Source: a virus
Lineage: Duplodnaviria > Caudoviricetes
Length of the DNA stretch: 64,000 nt
IMG/VR virus record: IMGVR_UViG_3300028603_000017
Span: 160,001 to 224,000 of that record
Strand: one strand, 5' to 3'
The position numbers and the translations under genes are program-made. Positions 38,213-47,869 of this stretch are shown here, piece after piece. The number at the start of each line of letters is the position of its first letter. The stretch's first letter is position 1. The notes under the pieces are model-generated. The model was not told where the DNA came from, searched no databases, and saw only the letters and a list, made by a program, of their open reading frames with translations.

Positions 38213-39172
38213 ATGAGTGTTCGCATCATCTTCAATTCGTACAACATCGAGTCTATGCTGGCTACGTGTGTGCTGATCAACCGTTTGAAAAAGACCATAC
38301 CAGGCGTACAAATTGAAACCATTGGTCACACAGCTGGTATGGCCATGAAAAACAAAGAAGTCGATATTACTTTCTGTATTGGCACCAATATGTCCAATAT
38401 GGAGCTAGTAGAAGAGATCAGTTTGACCAATAGCTTCTTTCTGATCGTTAGTAAGAATGGTTCTAAGTACTTGGAACTCTTGGGTGATAAGGGACAAGTC
38501 TTTTCTTCTGACTACATGTGGGGAGAAGCTATTGAAGAGCACGATAAGCAATTCTCGCCTTCTTTGTCTAAATTGACCTATCAGGTATTGAGGCGCTATT
38601 TCACCATCGCAGATGAAGTCCAAGAAGAAGTGGAAGACAATCCCAATTGTGCCCAATACTTTAAATCTCACCCAAAATCTCCTGAGCTCAGGATGATGAA
38701 TGCGGTGGAGAAGTTTTGCTGGATGCAAAACCCTTCCATTGTGGATATCTACAATGTCCACAATCACTTGGATAAGATCCATGAAGGAGCTTTTAACGGT
38801 ACTGGCTGTGAATACAATATGTTGGAAAGGGATTCTGATCTGACCAGTAACACACCTCGTATCACGGTAGTGCGCAATATCATCAAGAAAGCTCTAGCAG
38901 GTCACGTCTATGGCAAGCAAAACAATAGCTACGTAGTGCAAACCATCAACTGCTCTGAGGAGTACCTCTACGATATCGTCAGACTGGTATCATATGCTTA
39001 CGAGTCTGTGATTGTCTACAATGACTTCAAACATTACAGACAGTGGTGGGTGTATGCTAAAAATCCTGAGCTGATGGAAAAGATTGCTAACACCATTCCT
39101 TTTCATGAAAAGCATTACGATGGCAAGATGATCTATCTGATCTCTGATATGCCTAGACTTCAGGATAAGTAA
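38213..39172 (+). CDS. hypothetical early protein, possibly a degenerate DHH-phosphoesterase fold
   Basis: N-terminal beta-alpha pattern resembles DHH motif I, but the catalytic D/H residues are absent. Confidence 0.5.
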   Translation: MSVRIIFNSYNIESMLATCVLINRLKKTIPGVQIETIGHTAGMAMKNKEVDITFCIGTNMSNMELVEEISLTNSFFLIVSKNGSKYLELLGDKGQVFSSDYMWGEAIEEHDKQFSPSLSKLTYQVLRRYFTIADEVQEEVEDNPNCAQYFKSHPKSPELRMMNAVEKFCWMQNPSIVDIYNVHNHLDKIHEGAFNGTGCEYNMLERDSDLTSNTPRITVVRNIIKKALAGHVYGKQNNSYVVQTINCSEEYLYDIVRLVSYAYESVIVYNDFKHYRQWWVYAKNPELMEKIANTIPFHEKHYDGKMIYLISDMPRLQDK

Positions 39173-39264
39173 TTAAATACTTAACAGCATAATTCTTTTG
39201 ATACTCTCAGACCTATCTGTGTCTGAGAGCTTTCCTTTATTTTTTTTTTTTTTGGATAAATATC

Positions 39265-39792
39265 GTGGTATTCTCAGATTACGCTGAAAAGATAATGGCT
39301 ACTGGTCCTAAAGATCCTACAGCCTATCTGCAAATGAATAAAATCCTAGCTAAGACTTTGGCTGACGGTATCGTTGAATATATCAAATCAAAAGAAAATG
39401 GTGCTAGTATCAGTACCAAAAACATAAAACTGTCTGTCGTAGAAGTCAAGAGTCCTAATGCAGAAAGCTCCGCTATGTATTCAGGTATCAATTATAGGCG
39501 TTTAAAGAACTATATTGAGTTTTATAATACACAGCTCAATAAAGCCGTACGTATTGTAATTTCTACCACAGGTGAGAGAAGCTTTCTAATTGGTTATTAC
39601 AATAACTATAAGAAAACTGCATCTAATAATCACTTCTCAAAAGAAACTATAGCTGTTAATGAGTTTTATGCTCCTATTGCTCTACTAAATACCACAGACT
39701 TGATTGGTCAGACAGCTAACTTCTTGATGGGTTCTGAGTCTTCACCATTTGTGAATAAAGAGCCTAACGCTATACAAACTGAGCTGCATTGA
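39265..39792 (+). CDS. hypothetical protein
   Basis: 175-aa ORF. Confidence 0.7.
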   Translation: MVFSDYAEKIMATGPKDPTAYLQMNKILAKTLADGIVEYIKSKENGASISTKNIKLSVVEVKSPNAESSAMYSGINYRRLKNYIEFYNTQLNKAVRIVISTTGERSFLIGYYNNYKKTASNNHFSKETIAVNEFYAPIALLNTTDLIGQTANFLMGSESSPFVNKEPNAIQTELH

Positions 39793-40313
39793 TGGACGAG
39801 CGTTTCTATGCTGGTATAGGCTCTAGAAAGACCCCTGAATGGGTTTTGGCTAAGATGACCTATATAGCTAATAAATTAGCTTTAGCAGGCTATACACTCA
39901 ATTCTGGTGGAGCTGATGGTGCTGATACTGCATTTGAGCTAGGAGCCGGTAGTAAAAAGCAAATCTTTATTCCTTGGAATGGATACAATGATAAGAACCT
40001 CATTTATCCTATTCATAAAGAGTGTTATGAAATAGCTGCTGAGTTTCATCCTGCCTGGGATAGACTCTCAGGTGGTGCTAGAGCTTTAATGGCTAGAAAC
40101 GTACTACAAGTACTGGGTAAGGATCTTGATGAGCCTGTGGACTTTGTGGTGTGTTGGACGCCTGACGCAGTATACAGACGCAAAGACAGAACAGTTGCAA
40201 CAGGTGGTACAGGTTTAGCTATATCTGTGGCTGACACCAATGGTATTCCTATATTTAACCTAGCTGATGATTTTCATCGTGAATTCGTATTAGATTTCAT
40301 AGAGCGATTATGA
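39789..40313 (+). CDS. SLOG-superfamily (DprA/Smf-like Rossmann fold) protein
   Basis: YAGIGSRKTP, SGGADGAD, ARN..QVLG and GGTG motifs. Confidence 0.8.
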   Translation: MMDERFYAGIGSRKTPEWVLAKMTYIANKLALAGYTLNSGGADGADTAFELGAGSKKQIFIPWNGYNDKNLIYPIHKECYEIAAEFHPAWDRLSGGARALMARNVLQVLGKDLDEPVDFVVCWTPDAVYRRKDRTVATGGTGLAISVADTNGIPIFNLADDFHREFVLDFIERL

Positions 40314-40927
40314 ATATCTCTCTGTCTGATAAAAGATTAAAAGATTTGGTCACTATAGTGACTATGTCCAAAGAACCCTTTACTAGAGATGATGTTGGTG
40401 AATGTAGATATGTAAACCATGTATCTACTTTTATTACAGGTATTGACGAAATTGTTCAGAGATATATAGCGCTAGATACCGTAAAGACACCTTATGTGTT
40501 CTATTGTGATTACGATGATCCTATACCTGAGAATTTTACAATAGTTGACGCTGGTATGATTTATGGTGATTTTAATATATTGACCAATGGCGTTAATAAT
40601 CCAATTAAATTAAAACCATTTGATCAACTCAATTATAAACAAAAGATCCGTTATATTCATAATCCTTTTTATAATACCGCTCAGTTAAAAAAATTAATGG
40701 AAATTACTATTGGACATATTAGGTTGCATAGTTGCTTTGATTTGATGTTTCAAAGAGTAATTCCATTTTTAATGGGTTATACTTACAATAGTTATTATGA
40801 TCCTAGCTTTAAAGCTTATTGGGATAAGAAAGATACAGGTAGACATTTGGAACTAAAGATTTATCCATCTTTACATACTTGGTTGCCTCAATTCAAAGAT
40901 AAAATAAAGAACGCGTGTTTAAACTAA
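40310..40927 (+). CDS. putative GT-A-like glycosyltransferase, paralog of 34670-36055
   Basis: SKEPFTRDD.G, TPYVFYCDYDD and GMIYGDF shared with the second domain of that gene. Confidence 0.55.
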   Translation: MNISLSDKRLKDLVTIVTMSKEPFTRDDVGECRYVNHVSTFITGIDEIVQRYIALDTVKTPYVFYCDYDDPIPENFTIVDAGMIYGDFNILTNGVNNPIKLKPFDQLNYKQKIRYIHNPFYNTAQLKKLMEITIGHIRLHSCFDLMFQRVIPFLMGYTYNSYYDPSFKAYWDKKDTGRHLELKIYPSLHTWLPQFKDKIKNACLN

Positions 40928-40948
40928 TATTTAGTTATTGAAAAAGAA

Positions 40949-41983
40949 ATGATTACCGATACCGATCTTCAAAAACGACTAATTTATCTATTAGAGCTAA
41001 GTAATATAGATCTCTTTAACACTGTAGCTTGTAAGCTCTATGATAATCCCGTTTGCTGTAAAACACACTTTAAACAAAAGTTAATTATAATCCGAGATGC
41101 TGGTGGTGACAAAGCAGTTGTGGAGAATTCTGAAGTCAAAGCTTTTGTCAATAAAGATCATCTGGTGACGAACTTCATTAATAGTGATTTTATTAGCGAG
41201 CTGTTTAGTATCCATAATGAAGACATTATTAAAATCAAAGGCTCAGATGTAGCTAGACATCTGACTTATGGTATTTCTACAGAAGAAGGTGTGTTTATTT
41301 CTAACCTAGAGATAATACTTACCTATCTTAAGTCGTTTGTTATTTTAGGCTATACGGCTATAGCTGAGCCATTAATTGACTTGATTCAAGAGCTGAAATT
41401 AAATTACAAATCTCAGTGTATTGTTTATAGACCTGTTTTTACAAATCCTACCAACCATCAAACTTATCAAGCTATCAATAAAGCTATTCGCACTATTTTG
41501 GTTGATGACAATAACGCAGGTTATATTGTTAATCTCATTTTAGAAGCATATATCTTTAATAACCCAAGCTATAAAGGTAAAGTGGATTGGCTGGTTGAAC
41601 AAGCAAACTATATTTCCTATCTTGCTTCTAAGTATTCTCATTATCGATTCCTACAGATTCATCACTCTACACAAAAGGCTGTAGATATCAATCCTGAGCT
41701 ACATGCGGTATTTCAATTTGATAAATCTGTTACAGATATAAAGCTAGTTAAGTGGTATACGACAGAATTCGTAGAATACCATGCTGCTAGGGCTGTTTCT
41801 TCTGAAAAACACTCTATTCGTGATATAGGTAGGTTTGAGAGAACTACTATTGGTAAGATTATCAATGAATGTCAGGAATTGGCAATAGATTCTCCTGATC
41901 ATCCTAAATTTGAAGAATTTATGAATACTGTTTATAGTCTGATAGACGATCGTTTATCTCTTAAACAGAAGTATCACAACTAA
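40949..41983 (+). CDS. hypothetical protein
   Basis: 344-aa ORF. Confidence 0.75.
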   Translation: MITDTDLQKRLIYLLELSNIDLFNTVACKLYDNPVCCKTHFKQKLIIIRDAGGDKAVVENSEVKAFVNKDHLVTNFINSDFISELFSIHNEDIIKIKGSDVARHLTYGISTEEGVFISNLEIILTYLKSFVILGYTAIAEPLIDLIQELKLNYKSQCIVYRPVFTNPTNHQTYQAINKAIRTILVDDNNAGYIVNLILEAYIFNNPSYKGKVDWLVEQANYISYLASKYSHYRFLQIHHSTQKAVDINPELHAVFQFDKSVTDIKLVKWYTTEFVEYHAARAVSSEKHSIRDIGRFERTTIGKIINECQELAIDSPDHPKFEEFMNTVYSLIDDRLSLKQKYHN

Positions 41984-42081
41984 AGTTAAGAGATCAAATC
42001 GTATGGTTCTAGGGAGTCTCTAAGGAGACTCCCTATATTCCCTTGAAATTCTAAAACAGGTATTTTAGAGGTCTTAAAACA

Positions 42082-44382
42082 ATGCTAAAGACGATTATTA
42101 AGCGTGGTGGGTACACCGAGCCTTATACCCCTAGTAAGATCAATAATTGGGGTGAGTGGGCTGCTCAAAAGCTAGGAGATCGAGTTGATTGGTCTTCCGT
42201 AGTTATGGATGCAGTCAAGCAATTCGGTGAAACTGCTGATTCTCAGGCTCTACAGCGAGAACTCATCAACCAATGCCTGTACCGCAAAGACTGGCCTCAT
42301 AACCTCATGGCAGGGCGCCTGTATGCTGCTACCCTTAGAAAAGAGCTGTATGATGAATTTATTCCATCTATTAAGGCTCTAGTCAGAAAACTAGAAAAAC
42401 TAGGACTCATGAAACATCTGGATTATTCAGATGAAGATTTCGCTATTGCTGAAGGCATTATCGATCATGATCGTGATTTCGATATGTCTCATATGCAAAT
42501 CCAGCAGATTCGTAAAAAGTACGCTATTCAAAATAGAAATACTAAGCAGGAATACGAAACACCACAATTCACATATATGCGCATGGCTTTACATCTGTCA
42601 GAAGATGAGCCTAAAGATGTGCGTATGGAGCATGTAAAGAATTTCTACAATCATTTTTCCTTTAACCGTATTAATGCGCCGTCTCCTAACTACATTAATC
42701 TAGGTACTAATCATAGAGGCTTTGCTTCTTGTAACCTATATACTACTTCAGACACAGCAGACTCTTTAGCAGTAGGTGATCACATTGCTTATAAGATGAC
42801 CGTAATGTCAGCTGGTATTGGTGGTTTTATTAATACACGCTCAATTGGTGATCCTATTCGTGGTGGCGCTATTGTTCACCAAGGTAAGATGCCTTACTTC
42901 AAAGCTGTTGCTGGTGCAGTAACTGCTAATATTCAAGCCGGTCGCGGCGGTGCGTGTACGCAATACTATTCAGCCTATGATCCTGAAGCTCAAGATATTG
43001 CTGTAGCACAAAATCCTCGCACACCTGCTGGTCGTCAGCAACGAGATATTCATTTCGCTTTCCAATTTAATAGACTCTTACTTAAGAAGATAAACAAGAA
43101 AGAGAAAGTCTTTAAATTTACCGTATATTCAGCTCCAGACCTCATGGACGCTATGTTCTCAGCAGATCAAGATCTTTTTGAGCAACTCTACGAAAAGTAT
43201 GAAAATGATCCTACTTTTCAAAAAGACTATGTGGATGCTGAAGAATTGATCGGAACACTACTACAACAGTCTTTTGAAGTCTCTACCCATTACTGGATAA
43301 ATATTGGTGAAGTAAATAGACATACGTCATATAAAGAAACTATTTACTCATCCAACTTATGTATGGAAGTCTGTCAACCTACTAAAGCGTATGAAGACAT
43401 TAGAGACCTTTATCTTGAAGAAGACCATGGGCGTGGTGAAGTATCTTTATGTTCATTAGCAGGTATTGTAGAAACCAATATCAAGTCTGACGAAGAATAT
43501 GAAGATGCGGCGTACTATGCACTAAAAATGATTGATAAGTGTATTCATATTAGCGAATACACTTTGCCTCACGTAGGTTTTACAGCTAAAAAACGTCTTA
43601 ACGCTGGTATTGGCTTACTAGGTGTTGCATACTCTCTGGCTAAAAAGGGTATTCGCTATTCTTCAGACGAAGGTCTTATAGAACACCACAAGATCGCAGA
43701 ACGTCATGCTTATTGGTGTATCCGTGCTTCTCTTCGATTAGGTAAAGAACTAGGTAATGCTCCTTGGATTCATAAGACCAAATGGCCTGAAGGTTGGCTG
43801 CCTATTGATACCTATAAAAAGACGCTAGATAAAGTCATTGGTTTTGATATTCCTAATCAATACGACTGGGAAACTCTAAGATCTGAGATTATTGCTAATA
43901 AAGGTATTCGTAATTCGTCAGTTGTGGCCTTAATGCCTACAGAAAGTTCTAGTAAAGCCAGCGGTATTCCGAATTGTATTTATCCTGTGCGTGAACTCTC
44001 CTTGAAAAAGTCTGACCAGTCTAATGTCTTAGATTGGGTAGCTCCAGATTCAGATATTATTGGCGAGCACTATGAATTAGCTTGGAATATTCCTAGTAAA
44101 CGTATGATTACAATTTACGGTATTTATCAGAAGTTTACTGACCAAGCTATTTCAGCAGATCTTTGGAAAGATAGATCAAAGAATCCATCCTTATCTAAGA
44201 AAGAAATCATTGAGGAATTCCTACACGCTGGTATGGTAGGTATGAAAACTCGCTATTATCAAAATATCAAGACCAGTAAACAACAAAATAAGCAAGAAGA
44301 ACAACCTTTAGCTGATTCTTTCGTAGAAGAAATCCTAGATGATGATTCTCGTGGCTGTGCTGGTGGCGCCTGTACTCTTTAA
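42082..44382 (+). CDS. nrdA: ribonucleotide reductase class Ia, alpha subunit
   Basis: N-terminal ATP-cone-like IIKR, ETPQ..YMR, ASC, SNLCME, CSL, MPTESSS, KTRYY and C-terminal CAGGAC. Confidence 0.95.
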   Translation: MLKTIIKRGGYTEPYTPSKINNWGEWAAQKLGDRVDWSSVVMDAVKQFGETADSQALQRELINQCLYRKDWPHNLMAGRLYAATLRKELYDEFIPSIKALVRKLEKLGLMKHLDYSDEDFAIAEGIIDHDRDFDMSHMQIQQIRKKYAIQNRNTKQEYETPQFTYMRMALHLSEDEPKDVRMEHVKNFYNHFSFNRINAPSPNYINLGTNHRGFASCNLYTTSDTADSLAVGDHIAYKMTVMSAGIGGFINTRSIGDPIRGGAIVHQGKMPYFKAVAGAVTANIQAGRGGACTQYYSAYDPEAQDIAVAQNPRTPAGRQQRDIHFAFQFNRLLLKKINKKEKVFKFTVYSAPDLMDAMFSADQDLFEQLYEKYENDPTFQKDYVDAEELIGTLLQQSFEVSTHYWINIGEVNRHTSYKETIYSSNLCMEVCQPTKAYEDIRDLYLEEDHGRGEVSLCSLAGIVETNIKSDEEYEDAAYYALKMIDKCIHISEYTLPHVGFTAKKRLNAGIGLLGVAYSLAKKGIRYSSDEGLIEHHKIAERHAYWCIRASLRLGKELGNAPWIHKTKWPEGWLPIDTYKKTLDKVIGFDIPNQYDWETLRSEIIANKGIRNSSVVALMPTESSSKASGIPNCIYPVRELSLKKSDQSNVLDWVAPDSDIIGEHYELAWNIPSKRMITIYGIYQKFTDQAISADLWKDRSKNPSLSKKEIIEEFLHAGMVGMKTRYYQNIKTSKQQNKQEEQPLADSFVEEILDDDSRGCAGGACTL

Positions 44383-44394
44383 CTTGAAAAAGAT

Positions 44395-45498
44395 ATGTTA
44401 GATAAAAATATTTTCAATACTGAAAAAACAGATTATGAAAAACCGAGTTTATTTCTAGGTCAGGAAATGGGTCTACTGGATACTGTTAATAGACATTATC
44501 CTAAACTCTTTGACAATTATAAACTCATGAAATCTCTAGATTGGGATGAACTTGAGTTTGATTTTGATACCTGTAAAGTAGATTTTAAGACCTGCGATCG
44601 TAATACTTACGACATGATGATCAGAACTCTAGCTTGGCAGTGGGAGGCTGATTCTGTAGCTTCGAGATCTATTACGCCTATCGTTGCACCTTTTTGCTCT
44701 AGCAGTGATTTATGGGTAGCTCAACTGCGTATTTCAGACAACGAATCAATTCACGGTTATTGTTATTCTGAAATTATTCGAAATAGCTTTGATAATCCGA
44801 CAGAAGTACTCTCAGATATTCTAGCTGTAAAGCCGTCACTAGAGCGATTAAGTACGATCAGTAAAGTCTTTGCTGATGCTTATCAGACATCACATAAGTT
44901 AGCTCTAGGATTGGTTCCTAAGAATCAAGATACTTACGATAAGGTATTCTTACTTTATTGTGCACTCTTGTGTCTAGAGCGTATTCAATTCATGTCTAGT
45001 TTTGCAGTAACGTTCGCTATTGCAAATACTGGTCTATTTAATCAAATTGGTAAAGCTGTTCAGAAGATCTGTCAAGATGAATTTGAAGTACATGCTGAAT
45101 TTGATAAGATTATTCTAGATTATGAAATGCAAAATGAAATGGGTCTAATGGCTTTCAATCGCAATCGTGATCTGATTAAGAAAATGATTGATGAAACTGT
45201 TGAGACTGAATTCAATTGGAATAAGTATCTATTCTCAGAAGGTCGTGAATTAACTGGTGTGACTATGGCAGGCTTGAATAACCAAGTCTTGTGGTCAGCT
45301 GGTGACGTTTATGATTTCTTTAGGATTAAGTCAGATTACGATATTCCTAAGAAGATGCCTTTAGGCTATATGACAGAATGGATGAATATCAACGCTATTC
45401 AGGCTGCTCCTCAAGAAGAAAGATTTGGTGCATACATGCTGGGTCAAGTAGAAAATGATACGCTGGATGTAACGGATTATGGATTTAACTTTGAATGA
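44395..45498 (+). CDS. nrdB: ribonucleotide reductase class Ia, beta subunit
   Basis: WEADS, ESIH..CY, LERIQF.SSF, DE..VH and APQE..Y di-iron/tyrosyl motifs. Confidence 0.95.
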   Translation: MLDKNIFNTEKTDYEKPSLFLGQEMGLLDTVNRHYPKLFDNYKLMKSLDWDELEFDFDTCKVDFKTCDRNTYDMMIRTLAWQWEADSVASRSITPIVAPFCSSSDLWVAQLRISDNESIHGYCYSEIIRNSFDNPTEVLSDILAVKPSLERLSTISKVFADAYQTSHKLALGLVPKNQDTYDKVFLLYCALLCLERIQFMSSFAVTFAIANTGLFNQIGKAVQKICQDEFEVHAEFDKIILDYEMQNEMGLMAFNRNRDLIKKMIDETVETEFNWNKYLFSEGRELTGVTMAGLNNQVLWSAGDVYDFFRIKSDYDIPKKMPLGYMTEWMNINAIQAAPQEERFGAYMLGQVENDTLDVTDYGFNFE

Positions 45499-45572
45499 GG
45501 TTTAATATCCAGTATGAAGGATGGGGTCTAATTAGACTGTGTGAAGGCTGGGATGATTAACTAAGCAGCATA

Positions 45573-45602
45573 GCTCCAGGTAGGGTAATCCCTACCTGGA
45601 GC
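45573..45602. terminator. intergenic hairpin (CATA...TATG family)
   Basis: gctccaggtaggg/ccctacctggagc. Confidence 0.65.
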
Positions 45603-45698
45603 GTATGTTGCAAATTGGATTCAAAATAATCTCAACCATATATTGTAACAATGAATAGGAAACATTGATGTTTCTTAATAATCCATGAAAGGTTCGCT

Positions 45699-46037
45699 AT
45701 GCTTTTTGTCAATAGCTTTTCTTTGAACATGCTCCAAGAAGTGCCAGCGGAGCTGTATATAGAGCAAATCTCCCTGGAAGAAGCCAGGGAGATTATCGCA
45801 GAAGAACTGGAAGCACTACCGCTGTCTGGCTTCAAGTCAGCGATCGGCCATGCCGATACGGCTGTTATCCTGAGCGACATGCTCGGGATTCACATTCCCT
45901 TCAACCGGGAATCTGTCACTATCCATCCGGGTGGTGAAATTCTAGTGGCTCAGTATTCGGGTCCCAGGCTGAACGAGGGGACCACGGTCTTACCTGAGGG
46001 AGCATCCATCAAGTGGATGCTTATCAGCGTAAGCTGA
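45699..46037 (+). CDS. acrIII-1: AcrIII-1 family (DUF1874 / YddF / STIV B116-like) cA4 ring nuclease, anti-type III CRISPR
   Basis: NSFSLNML, SAIGHADT (catalytic GH), FNR and PRLNEG match the conserved H/R/R/E residues of SIRV1 gp29 as I recall them. Confidence 0.85.
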   Translation: MLFVNSFSLNMLQEVPAELYIEQISLEEAREIIAEELEALPLSGFKSAIGHADTAVILSDMLGIHIPFNRESVTIHPGGEILVAQYSGPRLNEGTTVLPEGASIKWMLISVS

Positions 46038-46093
46038 GCTGAGAATTACCCAAACTACTAGGGTTTGTATAGTAGAGTTAAACTAGAAAAGGA

Positions 46094-46342
46094 ATGATTA
46101 AGAAAGAAGTTGAAACCACCAACAAAGCTGGTATTATACTGGCGGTTGGTAAAGTCAACTATGTGTTGCAATTCGGTAAGTTCTTCACTCCGGAACAAAG
46201 CCGTGGCGACATTGTGAAGTTTAGCAATGTCCTGCGGTCTTTGCCTATTGGTACGCTGGTCCACACAGCTAACGGTGTATTTGTCACATTGCGTGACGAA
46301 CGCTGGCAAAAGCTGGAAGGGACTTACAGCGCAGTAGAGTGA
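46094..46342 (+). CDS. hypothetical protein
   Basis: 82 aa, AAAGGA RBS. Confidence 0.6.
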   Translation: MIKKEVETTNKAGIILAVGKVNYVLQFGKFFTPEQSRGDIVKFSNVLRSLPIGTLVHTANGVFVTLRDERWQKLEGTYSAVE

Positions 46343-46508
46343 AGAACTCTACCAACATCGCTCGATCTAGAGCCTTTGCCTTGGATGTTGGCATAGCCTA
46401 TACGACTATGAGATAAAGGGATTAATGAAAATAAAGAACACTTAATGTTTCTCCCACTACCTTAGTATTGGTAGTGGGAGAGGTGCAGGTGTTTTTTTTT
46501 TTTGAATA

Positions 46509-47018
46509 TTAAGCTTCATTTACAGATAATCCACCAGCTACTTCTAGACGAGGTAGCTTGGTATATCCATTTTGAGGCAATGGATAATCTCTAGGCCAGT
46601 AATATCCAAATACTCTATTAGGATCAAATTTAGCTATGTTAACCATGTTGGATTGGTTTCCACCTAAAACAACTAACTCATTTCTAGCTGTAACTCCTAA
46701 TACAAAACCTACGTGACCTCCACCTTTTCTCTCAAAGACGACTACACAGCCAGGTACTGGAGTTGATAGTCTGGTGCCCCAGCCATTACCCCATTCTTTA
46801 GCTCTCATCCATAGTTTTGGAATTTTCAATCCAACAGCATCAAAACACCACGCTATTAGCAGGCCGCACCAAGGAGTTTCATCATCAGACCACCACGCTT
46901 TTAGTTTATGTAACCACATGACAAGAGTGGGGTTATGTTTAGGACCAGGTACTTCTTTCAAACCAATATACTTATAACCTTCTTGTATCCACGGATACAT
47001 CAGAGCTGGAGTATTCAT
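46509..47018 (-). CDS. TIGR02594-family NlpC/P60/CHAP-like peptidoglycan hydrolase
   Basis: DETPWCG, GGHVGFV, LGGNQ. Confidence 0.85.
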   Translation of the reverse strand: MNTPALMYPWIQEGYKYIGLKEVPGPKHNPTLVMWLHKLKAWWSDDETPWCGLLIAWCFDAVGLKIPKLWMRAKEWGNGWGTRLSTPVPGCVVVFERKGGGHVGFVLGVTARNELVVLGGNQSNMVNIAKFDPNRVFGYYWPRDYPLPQNGYTKLPRLEVAGGLSVNEA

Positions 47019-47079
47019 AAAAGTCTCTTACAAAAAATAATAAACCTACATTATTACAATGTAATATAAGGAGCTTCAT

Positions 47080-47298
47080 ATGTCTGAAGAATATCCAGTC
47101 AAAGAAGTTTGTAAATCTATAGAAAAAGGTTTATGACCTTTTCCTACTAACCAACTATATCCACAATTGAAGGAATCTGAAATTTACTTTCAATTTAAAC
47201 AAAAACTAGAAGCAAAGAAAGCTAACTTAGAAGCTAAGAAGAAAGTCTTTTTAGCTAATCGAAATAAACTCAATAAAGCCAAGAGAGTTAAGAAATGA
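47080..47298 (+). pseudogene. 72-codon basic ORF interrupted by one in-frame TGA (47134-47136)
   Basis: AAGGAG RBS; the frame continues after TGA (GL*PFPT) to a stop overlapping the next ATG. Confidence 0.45.
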
Positions 47299-47798
47299 CT
47301 ATTTTTGAAGATAACTTTAAAATAGAGTCTAAGCCTTATGGTACTGGAGTGGTTCATAAGAACTATCCTAAATTAGTTCTAGGTACTCCTAAGCTATATG
47401 TAGAAGATTATGAAAGTAATGTCAGAATAGTCCTAATGGATACAGGGCTACTTTACTATAGGTACTTGACTTATGATAAGAATTCTCCCTATGGTTATAG
47501 TCCTTTACATGAAAAGTATATTCCTTCAGGAGTAGGTAAAAAGAAGTATGAGGAATTTGAGTCTCTCATTAAGTACGAGATTTTAATCCATACAGCCAAT
47601 CTCAGAGGAGGCTATTTACATGAATACGGTACTTTAATTTATAAAAAGGGTGTTGAATTGCTAATTAAACAATTCAATGAAAAGCAAAAAGCTACTTACT
47701 TATCTACTTACGATATTGATAACGGTAAGACTTTCAATGCTTTTAATAGAGATATTCAATTCTTAGAAGAGTTTGGACTAGACGGACAATACATGTAG
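47295..47798 (+). CDS. hypothetical protein
   Basis: 167-aa ORF. Confidence 0.7.
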   Translation: MTIFEDNFKIESKPYGTGVVHKNYPKLVLGTPKLYVEDYESNVRIVLMDTGLLYYRYLTYDKNSPYGYSPLHEKYIPSGVGKKKYEEFESLIKYEILIHTANLRGGYLHEYGTLIYKKGVELLIKQFNEKQKATYLSTYDIDNGKTFNAFNRDIQFLEEFGLDGQYM

Positions 47799-47869
47799 CT
47801 TGAATAAATATTATAGCAAGTTATTCAGAGCTCACTGAATAATACTACTATATATTTTAAAGGTTACTT

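Noticed and set aside
39240-39253. Long T homopolymers (also ~46492 and ~60364) as phase-variation tracts
   Set aside because: They are intergenic and lie just after hairpins, so they fit terminator tails; their exact length may be a sequencing artefact
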